Shown piece by piece: positions 8,874-16,778 of a stretch of DNA of 32,000 nt (position 1 is the first letter of the stretch; every line of letters starts with the position of its first letter). Position numbers and translations under genes: made by a program. Location: contig NZ_BSDI01000004.1 of assembly GCF_027923225.1 (NCBI RefSeq), positions 98,116-130,115 of the forward strand. The letters run 5' to 3'. The notes beneath the pieces are model-generated. The model was not told where the DNA came from, searched no databases, and worked only from the letters and a program-made list of their open reading frames with translations. The stretch is from Phytohabitans aurantiacus. GTDB lineage: Bacteria; Actinomycetota; Actinomycetes; Mycobacteriales; Micromonosporaceae.

Positions 8874-9332
8874 CTAGCCACTGGCGCCATCACGAACGGT
8901 GCGCAGGGCGCCGATCGCGGCCACGTACTTCAGCAGTAGGCGCGCGAACTCGAGTCGCTCCTGCTCCGGCCACTCGCGGGTGATGTACTCGAACGCGGTC
9001 CGCTGGTGCTGCCGGAAACGTTCCAACGTCGCGACGCCCTCAGGGCTGAGCCGCAGCACAGTACGCCGCCCGTCACGCTGAGACGCAGCCCGCGCCAGGT
9101 AGCCGGCGCTGATGCAGTCGGTGACCATGCGGCTTGCGACCGACGGGTCGACCGCGAGGCGTTCAGCCACCACGCCGACGGTGACCTCGCCGTCGGTGCC
9201 GTCCTCGACGATGTTGAGCACGAGCGTGCGGGTCAGGTCTTTGGCCGGTACCGGGTTTTCCACGTCGAGCAGCACGCTGCGGCGCAACCGGGAGAAGGCG
9301 GGACCGACCGCGTCCAGCAAATCTGACATCAC
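8874..9332 (-). CDS. MarR family transcriptional regulator
   Basis: 152 aa. The winged-HTH core TVGVVAERLAVDPSVASRMVTDCISAGYLARAASQRDGRRTVLRLSPEG is typical MarR. The start is GTG at 9332 or the adjacent ATG at 9329. Confidence 0.85.
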   Translation of the reverse strand: MMSDLLDAVGPAFSRLRRSVLLDVENPVPAKDLTRTLVLNIVEDGTDGEVTVGVVAERLAVDPSVASRMVTDCISAGYLARAASQRDGRRTVLRLSPEGVATLERFRQHQRTAFEYITREWPEQERLEFARLLLKYVAAIGALRTVRDGASG

Positions 9333-9363
9333 GCGAGTTTAAGGCATGTGCTAGCGTGCAACC

Positions 9364-9385
9364 ATGTGCATGACAGCATGCACAT
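9364..9385. promoter_or_regulatory. perfect 9-4-9 palindrome in the MarR / NmrA-like divergent intergenic region; candidate MarR operator
   Basis: ATGTGCATG-ACAG-CATGCACAT. A further CATGTGC copy lies at 9345-9351. The region is visibly AT-richer than its flanks. Confidence 0.4.
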
Positions 9386-9469
9386 ATGTAACCCGGATCC
9401 TCCGGGCGGAGTCGTGGCGCGGTGAGCGCCCGCTCGATGGCCTCCTTCACACGAGGAGACAGCAAACCC

Positions 9470-10294
9470 ATGACCACCCTCATCACCGGCGCGCGCGGCA
9501 ATGTCGGCGGCGGCGTCCTGCGGCGCTTGCACGCTGCCGGCCACGCCCTGCGCGCGTCGAGCCGGGAGCCCGGGCGACTGGACGTGCCCGAGGGGATCGA
9601 GACAGTACTGCTCGATCTTGCCGAGCCTGACACGTTCGAGTCTGCCTTGCGGGGCATCACCCAGGTGTTCCTCTACGCCGAGCCTGAAGGCGTCGACGAG
9701 TTCGTCGGCGCCGCCGAGGCGGCCGGCGTCAAGCACATCGTGCTGCTGTCGAGCTCCGCGGCGCTGTCGCCGACCGCGCTGGAAGACCCGCTCGGCCGGC
9801 ACCACATCCTGGTCGAGCGCGCACTACTGGCATCGTCGATCTCGACGACGCTGCTACGACCAGACGCTTTCGCCGGCAACGCGTTTGGCTGGCTGGACGC
9901 GATCCGGTCCGGCGGGCCGGTCGAGCAGGCCTATCCGGACGCCAATGTCGCCCCGGTGCACGAAGACGATATCGCCGATGTCGCGGCCGCGGCGCTGACC
10001 GAAGACTGGCTCGTCGGTCACGCCATCACGCTCACCGGACCGCGGTCGATAAGCCTGCGCGAGCAAATCACCATCGTCGCCGGCCGGCTCGGACGCGACA
10101 TCGCCATCCACGAGCTGACGCGCGCCGAGGCGGAGGAGAAGATGGCTCGATACATGCCAGCCGAGTTTGTCGCATCGCTGCTCGACTTCTGGGCCGGCGC
10201 CGTGGCCGGGCCGGCACCGATCAGTGATGCCGAGTGGGTGACGTGCAAGCCCGCCCGCACGTTCGAACAGTGGGTCGAGGAGCACATCCACTAA
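9470..10294 (+). CDS. NAD(P)H-binding NmrA-like / atypical SDR family protein
   Basis: The start is placed at the ATG at 9470 (MTTLITGARGNVGGGVLRRL, a GxxGxxG Rossmann motif) with GAGGAG about 11 nt upstream. The NmrA-like length and layout fit. The track ORF starts earlier, at 9422. Confidence 0.78.
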   Translation: MTTLITGARGNVGGGVLRRLHAAGHALRASSREPGRLDVPEGIETVLLDLAEPDTFESALRGITQVFLYAEPEGVDEFVGAAEAAGVKHIVLLSSSAALSPTALEDPLGRHHILVERALLASSISTTLLRPDAFAGNAFGWLDAIRSGGPVEQAYPDANVAPVHEDDIADVAAAALTEDWLVGHAITLTGPRSISLREQITIVAGRLGRDIAIHELTRAEAEEKMARYMPAEFVASLLDFWAGAVAGPAPISDAEWVTCKPARTFEQWVEEHIH

Positions 10295-10304
10295 GGATTT
10301 GGTT

Positions 10305-10334
10305 GGGGCCCTTGACCGGCTGGTCAAGGGCCCC
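10305..10334. terminator. bidirectional terminator hairpin between the convergent NmrA-like and S8 peptidase genes
   Basis: Perfect 13-bp stem GGGGCCCTTGACC / GGTCAAGGGCCCC with loop GGCT. Confidence 0.6.
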
Positions 10335-10343
10335 TCTCATCGG

Positions 10344-13300
10344 TCAGTGCAGCAGGTACGCGCGGAGCGTGGTCAGCGTGACCTCGTTACCGGCCTTGTC
10401 CTTCGCCACGGCTCGCAGCGACACGTGCTCGGCGCCGGCCGGATGGTTGACCGTCGTCTTCCACTTCGAGCCACCGCCTTTCACCGCCGCCGGGCTCCAC
10501 GTAGCACCGTCGTCGTAGGACACTTCGACGGTGAGGCTGGTGACACGGCTGGCATGGGAGCCGGCCTGGTGGCTGACTCGCACCGGAATGGTGAATCGTT
10601 CGCCCGCCGGTGCGCTGTACGCACCGTCCAGCGCTGGCGCGTAGTGCACCGTCATCAGGGGAAGAGGCGTCACCGCCTCCGCGGAGTGTGCGGAACGGAA
10701 CGACCATGAGCCGGACACCTTGGTGGATGTCGGGAAGACCCCGGTGCGGTCGAGTTCCGCCTCCAAACGGTACGCGGAATCCTCGCTGGGCAGCGTCGTC
10801 GAGAGAATGCCAGCTACGGGGGAGGTCGCGATGGGTTCCCCATTCCGATACAGGGTGGTCTGGCTCCGCTTCGCCGGGATCTTGCCGCCGATCCCGAACC
10901 GGCCGGGCACGGGGTCGACCATCATGCCGAAGTACGCGCTGAATTCGTCGTCGGCTGTCCGGGTCACGCCGACCGTCGACGCGCTACCGGCTGGGCGGTT
11001 GTAGAACGCCGGGCCGAAGACCGCCGTGTTCCAAATCTGTTGGTACGAACGCCCTGGCCGGTAGACGAGGTCCGATTGGGCGGCGAGGGTCACCGTCTTC
11101 GGAACGTCGATCGGGCCGATGTCGACCATGTCGCTGGACCAGTTCACGTTCGTGCCGGCGAAGTAGTCGATGCGGCGCGCGGGCAGCCGCATGCGGATGT
11201 TTGCGGAGAAGAACGCGTTGTCGGCCAGTGAGCCCATCGCACCGGCGGTGCCGGGCAGCCCGTGCATGTTCTGGTGTACGACGGCCAGGTCGCGGGGACG
11301 GACGTGGCGGGTGAGCCCGGTCGGGACTCCGCCGTCGATGCCGATTCCCACGTTGTACATGTACGGGCTGTCCCAGAAGGAACCGTTGCCGTCCGAACGG
11401 GCCCAGTGGGAAGCGACCAGAGACTTGAAGCCCGCCGAGGTGGCCGCGGGGCCGACCTGTCCGAGGAACAGCCTTTGGGTGCCCTCGTAGGGGAAGTAGT
11501 AATCGAGTCCGTCATCGCCGGGCGCCGTGTAGCTGGCGAGCGACAAGACCGGAGCGGCGCCGGGTTCGGGCACGGTGATGTCGACGGCGGCGGCGGTCCG
11601 GGCGTCGATAACGACCGTGGTGTCGGCCTTCAACCGGATCTGTGGCCGCGCCAGCAGCGAGATGGTTTCCTTCTCGGTGTCCGGGTCGGTCGCGATGAGG
11701 GCACCCACGCTGTAGTCGCCCGCGGGCACGCGCGTGGTGTATCCGTCCGGCGTCATCTGGTACGACACCTGTTCGCCGGTCCACGACGTGACGGCGCTGT
11801 TGTACGCCGTCGCGGTCGCGCCGTGCCGGTCGATCACCCGCACGGTGATGTCGTAGCTTTCCGCCTCGCGGAACACGGAGACCTGCGTCCGCACCGGGGT
11901 GGCACCCACCATCGCGGTGACCTGGCCCGTGTACCGGCCGTCCGGGGCGGCCACCGACGTGTCCACCGTGACGGTGACCGTGGCCGTGCCTCCCGCGGGG
12001 ATCGTCACGGTCGACGGCGACACCGTCAGCATCCCGGCCGGAGCGGCACCGCCGGGGCCGGTCATCGCTCCAGCCACGGTGGCCGAAATCGGTGTGGTAC
12101 CGGTGTTGCGGTAGGTCAGCACCTTGGCCATCGGTGCGTCGTCCTCGTGCGGCCACTCCGGCCGCCCCAGGTTGAGGCTGCCCTGATCCACGACCACGGA
12201 CGCGCTGACCAGAGCGGCCAGGTCTACCCGACCCGCGCCCTGCCCGTCGAGGGCGACCCCATCGAGCCACCGGGAGGTGCTCATCAAAGCGCCCTTGAGT
12301 TCCGAGCCGCTCCACTGTGGATATTTCTGGGCCAGAAGTGCCGCGGCGCCGGCGACGTGCGGTGTCGCCATCGACGTGCCGCTGCGCGCCATGTAGGGCC
12401 CGCTGCCCTCATCAGGCACCAGCGAGGAGCGGGCGGCCACGATGTCGGTACCGGGAGCCGCGATCTCGGGCTTGAGCCCGCCGTCACCCAGCCGGGGACC
12501 ACCGCTGGAGAAGTCCGCGATGGCGTCCTGACGATCGACCGCCGCGACCGAGAGTGCGGCGTCCGCTGTGGACGGTGACTGGACCGTGTGGGGACCGTCG
12601 TTGCCTGACGCGATCACGAAGAGCGTGCCGTACTGCGCGCTGAGCCGGTTGACCGTGTCTTCGACGATGTCGACGCCAGGACTGTCCGGCCCGCCGATGC
12701 TCACGTTTACCACCGAGGCGCCCTGCTCGGCCGCCCACTGCATGCCGGCGATCATCGCCGAGTCGGAGCACCACCTGTCGTCACACACCTTGCCGGCGAG
12801 GATCGTGGCTTCCGGCGCGATGCCCTTGTACCGCCCGCCGGAGGCAGCGCCGTTGCCCGCCATGGTGGACGCCACATGCGTGCCGTGCCCGATCACGTCG
12901 CCTGGCTCCGGCGACTCGGAGAAGTTCTCGCTGGCTCGAATACGACCGGCGAGATCGGGATGGCTCGCGTCGACGCCGGTGTCCAGTACCCCCACCACGA
13001 CGTCACGGCCGGTGAGGCCGGCTTCCCAGGCCGCTGGCGCGCCGATCTGTGCCGCGCTCTGGTCGAGCGCGATCTGCCTGACGCCATCCAGAAGGATCGA
13101 GCGGACGGCGCCCTGGTCGAGCCCGGAACGCAGCTCGGTCCACAGTGCACCGTTGTCGCCCTTGTCGGCGCGCACCGCGAGCGCGTTCACCACGGGGATC
13201 TCGCGAGTCACCGTGGCGCGCTTGTCCGCTAATTGGCGCAGGCTGGAGCGCTTCGCGCCTCCGGCGTGCTGGAGGATGAGCGGCGTCGTGTCGCGGTACC

Positions 13301-13610
13301 CGATCGCGAGCAGCCCGGTCACGTCGAACAGTCGCCGATCCACCCGACCCGCGGCCAGCAGTCCGAGCACATCGGATGGATAGATGTACTGGTGCCCGGC
13401 GCGCCGCTCGGCAGCGAACCCGATCCGGTCTCGCCCCTTGCCGGGCTCGACCGACACCACCTTGTCGCCGCTGAAACGCACGACGTCGCCGGTGACGAGG
13501 GTGACCGTGTCACCCGGTAGGGCGCCGCCCGGTTGTGCTGTGGCGGGCGCGGGACCAGAAAGGACCAGCGTCAGACTCGCCGACGCGGCGAGCCATCGAA
13601 ATGTTCTCAC
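10344..13610 (-). CDS. secreted S8 (subtilisin-like) serine peptidase with a very long C-terminal extension
   Basis: 1088 aa. It has a signal peptide (RTFRWLAASASLTLVLSGPAPATA-QP) and the catalytic triad motifs VGVLDTGVD (Asp), HGTHVASTMAG (His) and SGTSMATPHVAGAAALL (Ser). About 600 aa of beta-rich repeats lie C-terminal to the catalytic domain. The start is GTG at 13610 with no obvious RBS. Confidence 0.9.
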   Translation of the reverse strand: MRTFRWLAASASLTLVLSGPAPATAQPGGALPGDTVTLVTGDVVRFSGDKVVSVEPGKGRDRIGFAAERRAGHQYIYPSDVLGLLAAGRVDRRLFDVTGLLAIGYRDTTPLILQHAGGAKRSSLRQLADKRATVTREIPVVNALAVRADKGDNGALWTELRSGLDQGAVRSILLDGVRQIALDQSAAQIGAPAAWEAGLTGRDVVVGVLDTGVDASHPDLAGRIRASENFSESPEPGDVIGHGTHVASTMAGNGAASGGRYKGIAPEATILAGKVCDDRWCSDSAMIAGMQWAAEQGASVVNVSIGGPDSPGVDIVEDTVNRLSAQYGTLFVIASGNDGPHTVQSPSTADAALSVAAVDRQDAIADFSSGGPRLGDGGLKPEIAAPGTDIVAARSSLVPDEGSGPYMARSGTSMATPHVAGAAALLAQKYPQWSGSELKGALMSTSRWLDGVALDGQGAGRVDLAALVSASVVVDQGSLNLGRPEWPHEDDAPMAKVLTYRNTGTTPISATVAGAMTGPGGAAPAGMLTVSPSTVTIPAGGTATVTVTVDTSVAAPDGRYTGQVTAMVGATPVRTQVSVFREAESYDITVRVIDRHGATATAYNSAVTSWTGEQVSYQMTPDGYTTRVPAGDYSVGALIATDPDTEKETISLLARPQIRLKADTTVVIDARTAAAVDITVPEPGAAPVLSLASYTAPGDDGLDYYFPYEGTQRLFLGQVGPAATSAGFKSLVASHWARSDGNGSFWDSPYMYNVGIGIDGGVPTGLTRHVRPRDLAVVHQNMHGLPGTAGAMGSLADNAFFSANIRMRLPARRIDYFAGTNVNWSSDMVDIGPIDVPKTVTLAAQSDLVYRPGRSYQQIWNTAVFGPAFYNRPAGSASTVGVTRTADDEFSAYFGMMVDPVPGRFGIGGKIPAKRSQTTLYRNGEPIATSPVAGILSTTLPSEDSAYRLEAELDRTGVFPTSTKVSGSWSFRSAHSAEAVTPLPLMTVHYAPALDGAYSAPAGERFTIPVRVSHQAGSHASRVTSLTVEVSYDDGATWSPAAVKGGGSKWKTTVNHPAGAEHVSLRAVAKDKAGNEVTLTTLRAYLLH

Positions 13611-13636
13611 ACAGCCTAGGTGTCAACGAGCCCACC

Positions 13637-14479
13637 TTACGGTTGCATGTCCTGTTCACGTTCGACGGTGGCGTTCCACTCCCGCTTGGTGGCCTGCCAT
13701 CGGTCTTCGTCGTGACCAACCCGCCAGTACCCGGAAAGTGACTGTCCCTGGCGCGCGACGCCACGCTCGACGAAGAGCAACCGGCGCAGTTCCTTCACGA
13801 ACCCGGCCTCGCCGTGCACGAACGCGTGCACGGCGCCGGGCGGGAACTCGAACGCCGACACGGCCCGCACGAGCGCCGCGCCGACCGGGGCGTCGCCCCG
13901 GTGCAGCCAGGTGACCGCGGCATCGCCCGCGGTCTCGAGCTTCTGCTCCTCCTCGGGACCGCTCACCTCGATGAAGACGTGTGCACGCGTGGCCGGCGCC
14001 AGCCGTTCCAGGGACGCCGCTATCGCGGGCAGCGCGCTCTCGTCGCCGACCAGCAGATGCCAATCGCCATCCGGGTTGGGCGCGTAGGCGCCTCCCGGCC
14101 CGGCGAAGCGAACCTCATCGCCGGGGCGTGCCTGCGCCGCCCACGGACCGGCGAGGCCCTCCTCGCCGTGATACACGACGTCGATGGTGAGTTCGCGCCG
14201 CACCTCGTCCCAGCGACGCACGGTGTATGTGCGCATGCTCGGCCATTGCTCGCGCGGACGTTCGGCGCGGATCTGTTCGAGGTCGAACGGCTCGGGATAC
14301 GTCACGCCGCTGGGTGCGAAAAGCAGCTTCACGTAGTGGTCGGTGAACTCCCCCGCGCTGAAATTCGCCAGCCCGGGGCCGCCGAGCACGATGCGCACCA
14401 TATGCGGAGTGATCCGCTCGACAGACTCCACGCGGGCGGTGGTGACACGCGGCGCGCGGCGCCCAGGGCGTTCCGACAT
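13637..14479 (-). CDS. siderophore-interacting protein (SIP/ViuB-type FAD-binding ferric-siderophore reductase family)
   Basis: 280 aa. The N-terminal FAD-binding barrel (RVESVERITPHMVRIVLGG..., RTYTVRRWD) and the C-terminal SIP domain (LLVGDESALPAIAASLE, HAFVHGEAG...LRR) fit the family. Confidence 0.82.
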   Translation of the reverse strand: MSERPGRRAPRVTTARVESVERITPHMVRIVLGGPGLANFSAGEFTDHYVKLLFAPSGVTYPEPFDLEQIRAERPREQWPSMRTYTVRRWDEVRRELTIDVVYHGEEGLAGPWAAQARPGDEVRFAGPGGAYAPNPDGDWHLLVGDESALPAIAASLERLAPATRAHVFIEVSGPEEEQKLETAGDAAVTWLHRGDAPVGAALVRAVSAFEFPPGAVHAFVHGEAGFVKELRRLLFVERGVARQGQSLSGYWRVGHDEDRWQATKREWNATVEREQDMQP

Positions 14480-14488
14480 GATCCGAGC

Positions 14489-15160
14489 TTAGCGAGGGAT
14501 CCGGCCTTCCAGCCCGTCGAGGACGACCTCCAATCCGTACTCGAACTTGTCCTGCCGGATCCCAGCCGGGTCAAGATCCGTGGAGCCGGCTGGCATGAGC
14601 CGCGCGACGAACTCCGCCTCCGTCTGCCCGGAACGCGCGACGGTGGTGAGCCAGGCGGCCTCCGTCGTGCTCATTCCGATCACGTATGAGAGGAGCGTGT
14701 CGATCGCTCGGCTCGGCTCGGGGAAGCCGGCGGCCGCGAAGACAGCGGCGAGCCGCTCCGTGAACGACGTGAGGTTGGGGCCCATGTAGGCGAGGCCCGC
14801 CTGGCCGACCACCGAAGCCAGCCACGGGTGGCGCAGGGCGGTCGCACGGAAGGAGCGCGACGCGTCACCGGCGGCAGCGCGCCATCCGGTACCGCTGGCG
14901 TCCGGCACCGTCACCTCGGCGAAGATCTCGTCCATCGCGAGCTCCATCAGCTCGTCTTTGGTCGCCACATGGCGGTACAGGGAGGTGGCGGCCGTTTTCA
15001 GGCGGGTGCCGAGCTTGCGCATGCTCAGCGCCTCCACGCCTTCCGCGTCGAGCATGACGATCGCCTCGCGCACGATCGCCGCCTGGCTCAGCGCGGGCTG
15101 ATCGGGCTCGGCCTGCTGGCGGGCCCACACGGACGGGATCGGGTTCGTCTTGCCGGCCAT
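14489..15160 (-). CDS. TetR family transcriptional regulator
   Basis: This is the last 223 codons of track ORF 14489-16576. ATG at 15160 is preceded by GGAGGAAG. The TetR HTH is LSMRKLGTRLKTAATSLYRHVATKDELM. The rest of that 695-aa ORF is antisense to the MFS gene. Confidence 0.85.
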   Translation of the reverse strand: MAGKTNPIPSVWARQQAEPDQPALSQAAIVREAIVMLDAEGVEALSMRKLGTRLKTAATSLYRHVATKDELMELAMDEIFAEVTVPDASGTGWRAAAGDASRSFRATALRHPWLASVVGQAGLAYMGPNLTSFTERLAAVFAAAGFPEPSRAIDTLLSYVIGMSTTEAAWLTTVARSGQTEAEFVARLMPAGSTDLDPAGIRQDKFEYGLEVVLDGLEGRIPR

Positions 15161-15178
15161 GACCACTTCCTCCAGGAC

Positions 15179-15272
15179 GCGTACACCGTTCGCCATCAGC
15201 GTACACAAAACCGGGCTTGCGTACAGCGTTCGCGTCTGCGTACAGTGTTCGCAGCAAACGAACGGTGTACGC
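15179..15272. promoter_or_regulatory. array of GCGTACA-containing operator-like repeats in the TetR/MFS divergent intergenic region
   Basis: GCGTACACCGTTCGC (15179-15193), half-site GCGTACAC (15199-15206), GCGTACAGCGTTCGC (15219-15233), GCGTACAGTGTTCGC (15238-15252), and an inverted copy CGAACGGTGTACGC (15259-15272). Direct copies start 20, 20 and 19 bp apart. Each full site is an imperfect palindrome (GCGTAC..GTTCGC). Confidence 0.5.
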
Positions 15273-15287
15273 CCCTGGAGGAAGATC

Positions 15288-16775
15288 ATGGAAACTCGCA
15301 ACCCGCACCGCTGGTGGATCCTCGTCGTGCTATGCCTGAGCAGCCTGGTCCTGGTGGTCGACAGCATGGCGCTGACCGTCGCGGTGCCACACATGACCGA
15401 GGACATCGGCGCGAGCGCGCAGGACATCCAGTGGATCCTCGACTCGTACATCCTCGTGTTCGCCGGACTTCTGCTCACCTCGGGAAGCCTCGGTGACCGG
15501 TTCGGACGCCGAAAAGTCATGATCATCGGCCTGCTGCTCTTCGGAGCGGCGTCACTGGCGGCGATGTTCGTCGCGAACCCCGCCGAGATGATCGCGGTGC
15601 GGATCGCGATGGGCGTCGGTGGCGCCCTGATCATGCCGTCAACACTGTCGATCCTCATCACGGTCTTCCAGGAGGACGAGCGCAACAAGGCGATGGCGGT
15701 GTGGAGCTCCGTGGCGATGCTCGGCCTGGTCGGCAGCCCGGTGCTGGGCGGGGTACTGATCGACCACTTCTCCTGGCAGGCGATCTTCCTGATCAACGTC
15801 CCCGTCGTCGGTCTCGCGCTCCTGGCCGGCCTCACCCTGATGCCCGAGTCGAAGGCTCCCTGGCAGAAGGCCGACCCGCTGGGCGCGGTGCTCTCCGCCG
15901 CCGGCATGACCGCCCTGGTCTGGTGGATCATCGAGATCCCACAGCACGGCGCCTTCGAGGGTCGCTCGCTGGTCACCCTCGGCATCGCCGTGGTCTCGCT
16001 CGTCGGATTCGTGATCTGGGAGAACATCACTCCCGCCCCGATGGTGCCGCTGGTCCTGTTCAAGCACCGCAACTTCAGCGGCGGCTCGCTCTCCCTCGCC
16101 CTCGTGCAGATCGGCAACGGCGGCCTGCTGCTGGTGCTCACCCAGTACCTGCAGTTCGTGCTCGGGTACTCGCCGGTCAAGGCAGGCCTGGCCTTCGTGC
16201 CGCTGGCCGTCGCGGCGCTCGTCGGCAACGGGTTAGGCGCCAAGTTCGCCGCGAAGCTCGGCAACCGCGCCCTGGTACTGGGCGGCATGCTCGTCATGGT
16301 CGCCTCGTTCGCCCTGCTGACCACCGTCTCGGCCGACACCAGCTTCGCGGTCCCCGCCATCGCCCTCGGCCTCCTCGGCTTCGGTGCCGGCGCCGCGATG
16401 CCGGCCGCGGTCAGCGCCCTGATGGCCACCATCCCGGCTGACAAGGCGGGCGTCGGCTCCGCCCTGAACGACACCATCCAGCAGGCCGGCACCGCGCTGG
16501 GCATCGCGATCCTCGGCTCGCTGCTCTCCAGCGGCTTCGCCAGCGAAATGCCCGCCGACGCACCGGAGCAGGCCAAGCGGTCGATCGCCGACGCGCTGGC
16601 GATGGCTCAGGGCGACGCCGGCCTCATCCAGACCGCCCGGGACGCCTTCACCGCCTCGATGTCCACCACGTTCACCCTCAGCGCGATCGGCGTCCTCGCC
16701 GCCGCGATCGTGGCCAGCCTGATCATGCGGGACCGCAAGCCGGCACCCGCCGAGGAGCTTGAGCTCGTCGCTTGA
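15288..16775 (+). CDS. MFS transporter, DHA2 (EmrB/QacA-like, 14-TMS) drug:H+ antiporter family
   Basis: The start is placed at the ATG at 15288 (METRNPHRWWILVVLCLSS...) with GGAGGAAG 4 nt upstream. The MFS motif A-like GSLGDRFGRRKV is present, along with multiple hydrophobic helices and a length of 495 aa. Confidence 0.85.
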   Translation: METRNPHRWWILVVLCLSSLVLVVDSMALTVAVPHMTEDIGASAQDIQWILDSYILVFAGLLLTSGSLGDRFGRRKVMIIGLLLFGAASLAAMFVANPAEMIAVRIAMGVGGALIMPSTLSILITVFQEDERNKAMAVWSSVAMLGLVGSPVLGGVLIDHFSWQAIFLINVPVVGLALLAGLTLMPESKAPWQKADPLGAVLSAAGMTALVWWIIEIPQHGAFEGRSLVTLGIAVVSLVGFVIWENITPAPMVPLVLFKHRNFSGGSLSLALVQIGNGGLLLVLTQYLQFVLGYSPVKAGLAFVPLAVAALVGNGLGAKFAAKLGNRALVLGGMLVMVASFALLTTVSADTSFAVPAIALGLLGFGAGAAMPAAVSALMATIPADKAGVGSALNDTIQQAGTALGIAILGSLLSSGFASEMPADAPEQAKRSIADALAMAQGDAGLIQTARDAFTASMSTTFTLSAIGVLAAAIVASLIMRDRKPAPAEELELVA

Positions 16776-16778
16776 CCG

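Noticed and set aside
14489-16576. 695-aa minus-strand ORF spanning the TetR gene and most of the MFS gene.
   Set aside because: Only the last 223 codons (from ATG 15160, which has a strong RBS) look like a TetR protein. The upstream 470 codons are antisense to the MFS transporter and cross the operator-rich intergenic region.
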